Origin: the human T2T-CHM13v2.0 reference genome, Homo sapiens
Reading direction: 5' to 3' (one strand)
Assembly (NCBI RefSeq): GCF_009914755.1
Contig: NC_060938.1
Length of the DNA: 64,000 bases
A program made the translations under genes and the position numbers. The notes beneath the pieces were generated by a model. That model had not been told where the DNA came from. It made no database searches and worked only from the letters and a program-made list of their open reading frames with translations. Positions 54,200-64,000 of this stretch are shown here, piece by piece; position 1 is the stretch's first letter, and every line of letters begins with the position of its first letter.

Positions 54200-55930
54200 C
54201 ATGTCCTTATCTCAGAGAATAAAGAATTAGTTCTATCCAGCCTCACAATCCTATACTTCTGTATTCATCCCCCAATCTAAACCATTAGGGGCTCCATTTT
54301 CTTTTATACATATCCTTTCAATACATGCTCTGAAACTTCTGGTTTGTATTCAGCATATTCCTTTTTCCTCAGCACTTTCCTAGGACAATCTCTTAAAACC
54401 TGTTTGCCCTAGGGGTATCCTAGCATTCCTCTTGGACAGACTTATTTTTTTTTCCACTCTACCAGATCTTCAGGGTCATGAAGTAAGGTCTATATGTCTA
54501 TTTTGCTAATAGATCATTACTTTCTTTCTTCTTACAAAAAAAAGTTTCTTGATAATTAATCCATAAAGATATAATTCCCTCCTGTCCTCTCCTAATTGCT
54601 GTTATTTACTAACATATTAGTTGCTCCCTTTCATTCACTATAGACTATAGTTTATTGCAACCATCTTCTTTTCTTGAAACCTCTTTGATTATACTTAGGG
54701 ACACAAATATCCTCACAAATAAAGCATCCAAAAGCCTACGTATTAGAATCTTGTAATCTTCACCAAACCAGTCAATTTTAGGCAAACACTCCCATGGCTA
54801 TGCTCTAGATTTGATATATTAGACCTTTTGGACAACTTTGCATTCTTTATTGCACATAATCCCACTTTGCAACCATCATTTCCATTTGGATTAAATTGCT
54901 CATGTACCTCTATTGACAGAATTACTTGACTCTTCAGTACATCTTCTTTCCCCACGTCATTCCTCACCCTTGGCTCCATTTATATTCTTTTCCAGCCGAG
55001 TTCACATTTTCCATCACTTTAATCATTTCCTTGGTCATTGAGTTCTTCATTGACAAAATCCCAATTATGAATGAATACTTCACTTATTTTCTCCACATCA
55101 GAACCAGAGCTATCATATTTGATGTAAGTAATTACACAATCAACGAGACTTTTTTACAACCTTATTTTTAACATAAACCTCAAATTTGTATTAAGTCATG
55201 CCCAGGAACTGTCTCTAGTGGGCTAATTTTCTCATGCCATCCGGTAACAGTTGCATGTCTTCTGCTCAATTGTTCAAGACCTTGGCAGATGATCTTGCAT
55301 TACATTTATACATCTTATTCATTGGATAGAAATTCCTTTCTCTTTCTACTATTCTCCTTCCTTCCTTTGCAATGCATGAGGTATCTCTCCTGCTATAGAA
55401 GATCGTTTCTCTTCTGTACTCAGAAGCCTTGCACTCCAGTTTTTCACAAACTGCTGCTTTGGTTATCCTCTCACTTTCCTGCATCATTGTATCCTTTCTT
55501 CCTTCTTGGCTATTACCAATGCCTTCAAAGACCTCTAAAAAGTATCATCTTTTAAAATCCCACATTTACTTCCCATTACCCCTTAGATATCTTATCTTTT
55601 CTTGGATCTCATTTGTTGTCAAACTTTCAGAAAGCTGCCCAGATTTAATGACTCTAATTTGTCACCTCTTATTCTCTCCTCAGCACAATCCAAAGAGTTT
55701 TCCACTTTCAAGTATTTAATGAAAATTTTTTGAATTCCATTACATCTTCACTTCAAAGGACTTATTATATTTTATTTATATTTATTATATAATATTTACT
55801 TATTTTTTATTTAACTATTATTGGTCCCTATAAGTTCCATTAGGATATGAACTCTAATCTTTCTTGCTTACCATTATATCCCAGTGCCGAAGCATGCCGG
55901 TAAATAAGTATTTGTTAACTAGGTACATGA
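54200..55930 (+). mobile_element. Degraded L2 (boundaries approximate)
   Basis: Pyrimidine-rich L2 ORF2-like sequence and a 3' end ATATCCCAGTGCC...AATAAGTATTTGTT. Confidence 0.6.
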
Positions 55931-56348
55931 AATAGCTACATTGCAAAATGTCATTCAAATAATCAGTTTTAACTTTAGATGGTGCTTAACATACACATAT
56001 TTGAAATAGATAACAAAATAAACCATTATGCTGTTAAAAAAATTTTCCAATATTACAAATTGTGACCTACATGTGTTATTCTGTGGGGATTGGAAGAATT
56101 CTAATTTATTTCATTTTTTACTTTAGTTATGACATTAAAGCACTGTACATCACCTAAATTGTGTTATAAATGTTTGTGATACCAAGAAATTATTGCAGAA
56201 CTGTATAGGCTTTGAAATAAGACACACGAAAACCAATATTTTGCCCTTTTTTATTTTACACACACCCTCAGACTCCATACTACTGTTTTCTAAACTTAAA
56301 GCCTGAATTTGACATTCATTCTAACTTGAAGTTATCATTAACATATAG

Positions 56349-56831
56349 CAGCTCTGTCCAACAGAAAGAAAATGCAAGTCACATATATAATTTTAATTTT
56401 TTTAATAGCCACATTAAAAAACAGGTGAAGTTAACTTTAACGATATATTTTATTAACCTATATATCAAAAATATTATCTTGTAACCAATGGTAGAATTAT
56501 TAATGAGATATTTTACATTCTATTTCTCACATCAAGTTTTAAAACCCAGGAGAATATTTTATGTTTATTGTACTTCTTAATTTGGATGCTAAATTTTTGT
56601 CTGAAATATTGACCTAAATTTAGATTTTATTTCATTTATATTGAAAGACTAGATTCATCTATTCAAGTTATTCCAAACATGCTTAAAAGTTTTCAGGAAC
56701 TGAATTACCTATTGTTTTAAAATTTATATTAATTAAAATTAAACTAAAATTTATATCCTTAGTCATTCTAAACACATTTCAAATACTCAATATTTACATT
56801 TGACTAGTGGATACAATTTTGGACAGCACAG
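56349..56831. mobile_element. hAT-Charlie MITE (Charlie5/MER33 family)
   Basis: TIRs CAGCTCTGTCCAA / TTGGACAGCACAG; 8-bp TSD acatatag/ctatatag. Confidence 0.82.
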
Positions 56832-57070
56832 CTATATAGAAATGAATGGGCAACATTTTGTGGCCTTTCCCTACAGGGGCTTTTATCCAAATTAATTATT
56901 GTAGGTTTTAAAATATGTATTGACTATGTAAGTTTAGGTCTGTGTCTATAAACGTACAAAGACACAGATATTTTGAATATCTAAAAATATAGTAACACTC
57001 AAGTGATACCTTATTAATATATTTTCAATAATTTTTATTTGAGCCTCATAAAATAATCCTAATTAGCAGA

Positions 57071-57524
57071 TGTGGTGATTAATTTTAGGTGTCAGCCTCA
57101 CTAGGTCACATAGTACACACGCATTTGTTTAAATATTATTCTGGGTTTATTTGTGAGGGTGTTTCTGGATGAGATTTACATTTGAATGTATAAACTGAAC
57201 AAAGCAGATTGCCTTCCCTAATGTGGTTGGGCCTTATATAATCCACTGAGGGTCTACGCACAACAAAAGGCTCAATAAAGAAGAATTTGCTTACTTTTCC
57301 TGACTGACTTTGAGCTGAGACATTGGTCTTCTGGCTTCAGACTTGGACTCAAACTGAAACGTACCTTATTCTCCTGGCTCTCAGTCATTTGGACAAAAAT
57401 GGGAGCTGCACATATCATCAGCTCTTCTGGGTCTCCATCTCCCCAACAGCAAGGTTGTAGGGCTTCTCAGCCTCCCTAACTGTGTAAGCTACAGGCCATT
57501 CCTCATAACCTCTCTATGTATGCG

Positions 57525-57562
<38 letters not shown>

Positions 57563-57573
57563 GAGAGAGAAAC

Positions 57574-57614
<41 letters not shown>

Positions 57615-57653
57615 GACAGAGAGAGAGAGAGACAGAGAGACAGAGAGAGAGAC

Positions 57654-57684
<31 letters not shown>

Positions 57685-57685
57685 C

Positions 57686-57775
<90 letters not shown>

Positions 57776-57808
57776 GTCCTGTTCCTCTGGAAGACCCAGA
57801 CTAATACA
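57071..57808 (+). mobile_element. ERVL solo LTR, MLT2B/D-like, with an expanded internal microsatellite
   Basis: TGTGGTGATTAATTTTAGGTGTCA...GACTAATACA; TSD gcaga/gtaga. Confidence 0.88.
57526..57768. repeat. ~243-bp (GA)n/(GACA)n tract
   Basis: Direct inspection. Confidence 0.97.
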
Positions 57809-58229
57809 GTAGAATTGTGGTGGGAATTGGTGGGTTCTTGGTCTCATTGACTTCAAGAATGAAGCTGCAGACCCTCGCGATGAGTGTTACAGTTCTTAAA
57901 GGTCGCATGTCCTGAGTTTGTTCCTTCTGATGTTCACATGCTTTCGGAGTTTCTTCCTTCTGGTGTGTTCGTGGTCTCGCTGGCTTCAGGAGTGAAGCTG
58001 CAGACCTTCACAGTGAGTGTTACAGCTCTTAAGGTGGCGCATCTGGAGTTGTTCGTTCCTCCGGGTGGGTTCGTGGTCTCGCTGGCCTCAGGAGAGAAGC
58101 TGCAGGCCTTGGAAGTGACTGTTACAGCTCATAAAGGCAATGTGGACCCAAAAAACAAGCAGCAGCAAGATTTACTACTGAGAGCAGGAAACAACAAAAC
58201 TACCACAATGTGCAAGTAGACCTGAGCAG

Positions 58230-58760
58230 GTTGCCACTGCTGGCTCAGGCAGCCTGCTTTTATTTCTCTTATCTGGCCCCTCCCACATTCTGCTGATTGG
58301 TCCATTTTACAGGGAGCCAATTGGTCCATTTTACAGAGAGCTGATTGGTCCGTTTTGACAGGGTGCTGATTGGTGCATTTACAATCCCTGAGCTAGACAC
58401 AAAAGTTCTCCACTTCCCCACTAGATTAGCTAGATACACAGTGTCCACACAAAGGTTCTCCATGTCCCCACCAGAGTAGCTAGATACAGTGTGTCAATTG
58501 GTGCATTCACAAACTCTGTGCTAGACACAGGGTGCTGATTGGTGTGTTTACAAACCTTGCGCTAGATACAGAGTGCCGATGGGTGTATTTACAATCCCTT
58601 AGCTAGACATAAAGGTTCTCCACATCCCCACTAGATTAGCTAGATACAGAGTGTGACACAAAGGTTCTCCAAGTCCCCACCAGAGTAGCTAGATACAGTG
58701 TCGATTGGTGCATTCACAAACCCTGAGCTAGACACAGGGTGCTGATTGGCGTGTTTACAA
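58230..58760 (-). promoter_or_regulatory. LTR12C promoter/enhancer: about 8 CCAAT (NF-Y) boxes, GATA site and AATAAAA TATA-like box
   Basis: ATTGG near 58296, 58320, 58344, 58369, 58497, 58538, 58704 and 58744. The minus strand reads CCAGATAAGAGAAATAAAAGCAGG at ~58253-58276. Confidence 0.75.
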
Positions 58761-58839
58761 ACCTTGAGCTAGACAGGAGCCCAGCTGGCTTCACTCAGTG
58801 GATCCTGCACTGGGGCTGCAGGTGGAGCTGCCTGCCAGT

Positions 58840-59440
58840 CTCGCGCTGTGCGCCCGCACTCCTCATCCCTTGGGTGGTCGATGGGACTGGGCGCCGTGGA
58901 ACCGGGCGCGGCGCTCCTCTGGGAGGCTCGGGCCGCACAGGAGCCCACGGAGGGCGGGGAGGCTCAGGCATGGAAGGCCGCAGGTCCGGAGCCCTGCCCG
59001 GCGAGAAATCGAGCGCAGCGTTGGTGGGCCGGCACTGCTGGGGGACCCAGCACACCCTCCCCAGCCGCTGGCCCGGATGCTAAGCCCCTCATTGCCCGGG
59101 GCCAGCAGGGCCGGCCGGCCGCTCTGAGTGCGGGGCCCGCCGAGCCCACGCTCACCCGGAACTCGAGCTGGCCCGCAAGCACCGCGCGCAACCCCGCTTC
59201 CCGCGCGCAGCCCCGGTTCCCGCGCACAGCCCCGGTTCCCGCCCGCGCCTCTCCCGCCGCGCCTCTCCCGCCACACCTCCCCGCAAGCTGAGGGAGTCGT
59301 CTCCGGCCTCGGCCAGTCCAGAAAGGGGCTCCCACAGTGTAGCGGCGGGCTGAAGGGCTCTTCAAGCGCGGCCAGAGCGGGCGCCAAGGCCGAGGAGGCG
59401 CCGAGAGCGAGCGAGGGCTGTGAGGGCCGCCAGGACGCTG
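58840..59440. other. CpG-island-like segment (LTR12C U3)
   Basis: Very GC- and CpG-rich against an AT-rich, CpG-depleted background. Confidence 0.85.
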
Positions 59441-60706
59441 TCACCTCTCAGAATGGCAAGTATTATTTCATATTATTCCAGTTTTATAAATTGACCAAAT
59501 CTAAATAGTAAAGTTGACCTCACAATGTCCACCTACATTTCTTTGAAAAGTCACTTGATGTGGTAACAAAGAAAGGCAGCCTCCATTCGAATATTCTCCA
59601 TCCTTACTCAGTGTTATAAGCACATATATATAATTCCATATCCCCAAGTGTTCTTGAAGGGTCTGCTTTGTTCTACGATGTGCATGTAGTGGTAGTGGAC
59701 ATTAAAGAAAAGCGTTTCAAAATTTTATTAAGGAAACTCACATATATGACTTAGACCATTTCATAGAGTTCTTTTTTATTAATTTCATTTTTCCCCTTGA
59801 AAACATTTATTAGAGGAAAAATCATTGGAAAAGTTAGGCTTAAAAATACTTGGTCATTAATAAAAGACATTTTAAGACAGTTCTTTTGGGGAAAAATGCA
59901 GTCTAGGAAAAGAGAATACTTTTTATATACCTGAACGGGCAAAAATGATTTAATAGTCTCCAAAACTTAAACAATTTATTGGCTTATAGGCTTAGAGCAA
60001 TAAAATGTTATAACATTGTGTATTATTATTCCTGGAATAGGAAATGGGTGGAGTATGGTCTATTCCTGTGGAAAATGAGTGCAGAGAAAGACAGGATGGG
60101 GTTGTTTTAAGAGACAATGTAAGAAGTATGCAGATGACTTACATTTGCTTCCAATTAATTTTTATTTAGCTTCTTCCAATATTTGGACTGTTTCTCAAAC
60201 ATTTGATTATAAATCTCGGCTATTTATACAGAAAATATAAACATGTCAATAAGTAATACCTGTGTGTAAAAGCATTAAATGACCTAGGCAACACAAACAC
60301 ATTATAGGCTATTGGGGCTCCCATTTGGAATTCATTACATATGTGAAAAGAGGGAAGGAACTCAACTATGTACTATTGCCTGGAAGGAAACTTTATATAA
60401 CTTCGAGACTTGAAATAGAGAGTGGAATGTGTCAGGGGTAGGGAGCAGGGGGAATGTTTGGCAAACAAGATACTCAAAGAAGCTGGTGAAAAGAATTCAG
60501 GAAAGACAAAAAGGAATTGTCAAAGATGTTGCTGTGGATTACAAATTAAATCTCCTTTAATGTTCTTTGATAGTTGTAAGTGAAGACAGGAATGTTTTGA
60601 AAGTACTTTTGCTTGCTGGATTGTATTCCTTTGACTATTTCATGCTGAGTCAAAGCCATGTGGGGGTTATAATTTACATACGCTGAGGTTAAATTCTGTA
60701 GGGTAC

Positions 60707-61217
60707 TGCTATGGTAGATAGCTAGTCAGGTATAAGCAGGGCGGGAGAGGGCTCCCCCAACGTATACCAGGAGGGTCAGATGACCATTAGGTGATGGTCA
60801 CACGGTTGTTAACTGTCTCTCCAAAATAATAATTGGTCACAGCCAGTGCCAGGGACACACAGTCTCCTAACAGAAAACACCTGAAACTTGTGATCGGCCA
60901 CTTCCCCATAAGATCTCAGGTGTTGGGTAAGTGGGGAGAAGTAACGCAAGACCCCGAAACTATGCCAACATAGAAGACCCCAAGTCAAAAGAGGTCAGGC
61001 CGTGCACTCGATCTCTCAAATCACCCACTTGGACCTCTCTGAAGAGTACTTTACTTCTTTTTATTCTTGTTCTCAGGCTTTTTAATAAATTTAAACTCAT
61101 GCTCTAAGATTTGCCTCAGTCTCCCACTCTGCCTGATGCCCCTCAGTCGAATTATTTTCTCTGAGGAGTCAAGAATGGAGGCTGTTGCAGACCCATATGG
61201 ATTTGCCTCCGCTAACA
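60707..61217 (+). mobile_element. ERV1 solo LTR, MER84/MER50 family
   Basis: 511 bp, TG...CA, AATAAA at ~61084, perfect 4-bp TSD GTAC. Confidence 0.85.
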
Positions 61218-61568
61218 GTACAGCTCATGATTTTGAACCTGAAGTATTTGGATCCAGCTAAAAATATTTACTCTGAACCTGAGCCAAGTATATGTTCACT
61301 CTTATGGCCTAACTGTTGAAACCCTTCCTGTAATGGAGAAGAATCAGACAGGAGCCACGACAGTAGTTCTTAGAAAGCTGCATTGATGTCACAGAGACAA
61401 TATGCACATGACACTAAAATAAAAATAGGGGATTTTTGTAGAAGAAAGATAGGCTTATGAGATATTAACTGAGTTTACCCCACTGGTGAAATCTGAAAAC
61501 CCTCTGGTGAGAATGATGATCTCAGCAACCTCCTGCACACATCCTTTCTTAAAAAATTACATGCCCTT

Positions 61569-61908
<340 letters not shown>

Positions 61909-62591
61909 TCAGTGATTGACTTGTGAGGGTTGGCTTGAAGAATCAAGACTCCAATACCAAAGAGCAGACACCCTTCACTACCGCGTCTGTGGAACTGATG
62001 ACCTGTCAAGGCTTTTACCACCCATAGTAACTGGAAAAACCCAGTAGATCAAAAATAGTTTCATCACCTAAGAACGGGTCGACAAGTGAGTGATGTATAA
62101 TTAATATTAGCACTCCAGGTGGGGGCATTTTCAATGTTTATCTGGAGCATATAAACCGCAGAGAATCACATCTCATTGTTACAACCAGCTCTTCAGAAAC
62201 AACTGCTGTTATGCTAGAATAAGCATATAATCTACATGTTTCACTTTACAAACCTATTATTCCCATAGAATTGTATATTAAAATCTAGTATACAAAATGA
62301 TCGAAGCGAAGGGAAATGTTGGCTGTTCAGTCTCTACTCTGCCTCATTCTCTTTCCAACACAGACATTAAGGCACCTCAAAAAACTGCTTTGGGACCCAG
62401 TTAAGCATATTTTGAAAATCACAGGTCTAAACCATTCCCTTCTAATTTTCTGAATACCAGTCATTTGGTGCCAAATTATTAGGCAAAGCCCTAACCTCTC
62501 ATTTAGTAAGCTGACTTCTCCTGTGGGAACAAACATATTTTTCATTTAATTATTGTGCTTCTTTCACTAATTAAATGTCTTCAATCATTAG

Positions 62592-62838
62592 AACAACAGT
62601 TCCCAATTACTGAGCGCATATTATTTGCCTGCCAGTCCTCAAAGTCCTGATCACATTATCTCATTGAATCTTCACAACCTATAAAATATGTAATACTGTT
62701 ATATTATAATAACTTTTCCAGGTTTCCAGATGAGACAAATAACTCTCAGAGAAATTATGGCAATTATGCAAATAAATAGAACTTGCGATGTTCTAATTCG
62801 GTCAGGGTTTTCAATCCAGGTCTTTGAAACTCTAGCGC
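62592..62838 (-). mobile_element. MIR
   Basis: CATTATCTCATTGAATCTTCACAACC...TTTCCAGATGAG...CAATCCAGGTCT. Confidence 0.7.
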
Positions 62839-64000
62839 CCACCTGTATAACCCCCACCTGCTGCTGCCACCACCTTTGTTATAGTTTCATACTTGGGATA
62901 CTCATTTCTAATTTCTGAATTGGGATTTTTGTTCTTTTCCCCCATATGCTGCTGTTTTTCCACCACTAATTTTATCTTAATATATTTATGTTTACTCTTG
63001 AAAATTCGAACCGTAAGTAACACACCCCAAATATATCCTCAGAATATGTTAAAGGCCACTTGGGTCAAATCATAACTCAGCACCTTGATGTCTGCTGATT
63101 AGCATGAGTGGCTGCCACTTGTCTATCTTGATAAACTGGTTCCTATAAAGGATAGGTCTGTTAATGCACAAAGCACTCTGGATATTGTTTGGCCTGGGCA
63201 ATCATTACTTAACTTGCGACACCCATTATCTTTCCCAGCTTTCATGGAGAAAAATATACACATTTACCAACTTTTTGCCGCCCCAGCAAAGCTTGCTAAT
63301 CAGGTGCAGGTTTGGCTTGTTTTCTGGCAAGCTGGAAGCAGACTTTGTGAGTTCTCTGCATTCCTCAGACTCACTGGAGGGTGCACCTGGCCTTAGTTAA
63401 TTGGGTGAAGGAGTTTTGCCTGTGAGGTGAAAGGAATTAGTGACAGGTTTCCTATTCTCTTGACCCCCTGAGGTGGGATAAAAAGCTTGACTGGCTCCCC
63501 AAGTTTACAAGACCAATTGGGGAAAGACATAATTAAGGTAAAGATGGTGTGGCGTGAAGTTTTTCTCTTGCTTTGGGTTGATAAAGGTCAAGTAACACAA
63601 TTTCAGACAAATGTTGGGTTAGCTGGCTTTATTTTTAATATTAAGCTAGCAAGCAGTAGAGACAACCAACTACATCATTTAGCACCACTGAGTTATAAAT
63701 TTGCCATTATGTGATTTAGTTGAATGATGTTGAATAGGTCTTATAAAGTTTATTGGAGTTCAAGAAAGGAAACCATCACACCTGGCTAGCTCTGACATAA
63801 GGGAAAGTGCCTTGTGGGAGTTGGTTAGACCTTCTAATATGATCAATGGCCTGATGTTACTCAGCAGAAAGAAATAAAAGACTTGACTTGGAAAGTGTGT
63901 TAATTCTTTCGGGCTATTTAGTATAATTTAATGCACCGTAAAGCGCCCCAGGGTATTGAAAGAGTTAAATTCCCTAGACAAAAAGAAGAATTACTCCCTT

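Larger units (their letters stand above)
57816..59450 (-). mobile_element. Solo LTR12C (ERV9/HERV9 LTR)
   Basis: Minus strand starts TGAGAGGTGACAGCGT and ends CCAAGAACCCACCAATTCCCACCACA. Perfect 4-bp TSD GAAT. Tandem CCAAT enhancer repeats and U5 repeats. Confidence 0.97.

Noticed and set aside
57503-57856. RE-rich and SL-rich ORFs
   Set aside because: Translations of the (GA)n microsatellite.
58290-58775. Regularly spaced repeats resembling a CRISPR-like array
   Set aside because: These are the known LTR12 U3 CCAAT enhancer repeats; there are no unique spacers and the context is eukaryotic.
57884-59508. Cluster of 66-193 aa ORFs
   Set aside because: Stop-poor GC-rich LTR12C sequence, open in many frames on both strands.

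Overview
AT-rich, repeat-dense primate genomic DNA (AluY and LTR12C present, so hominoid; probably human or great ape). I recognise no protein-coding gene, RNA gene or CRISPR array. The longer ORFs in the track fall inside LTR9, L1, Alu, LTR12C or a (GA)n tract. Roughly half the window is transposon-derived: two long + strand L1 clusters with nested insertions (9.5-17.9 kb and 37.4-48.1 kb), eight Alus, about twelve solo LTRs (including an octamer-rich LTR9 and a CpG-rich LTR12C), a two-LTR MLT1 provirus remnant, and Tigger/Charlie/MADE1 MITEs plus MIR and L2 relics. Subfamily names come from my recall of consensus sequences and need RepeatMasker/Dfam confirmation. I found no convincing new biological system. 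The strongest unexplained signal is a recurring set of template-switch or templated-insertion scars. These include a two-patch (direct plus inverted) filler at the 5' junction of a nested L1PA, a patchwork at 22.1-22.4 kb carrying a perfect 30-bp copy of DNA 2.2 kb away, a 136-bp tandem duplication flanked by microhomology, and several perfect short hairpins. A speculative second lead is a minus-strand transcript from LTR12C using candidate micro-exons.
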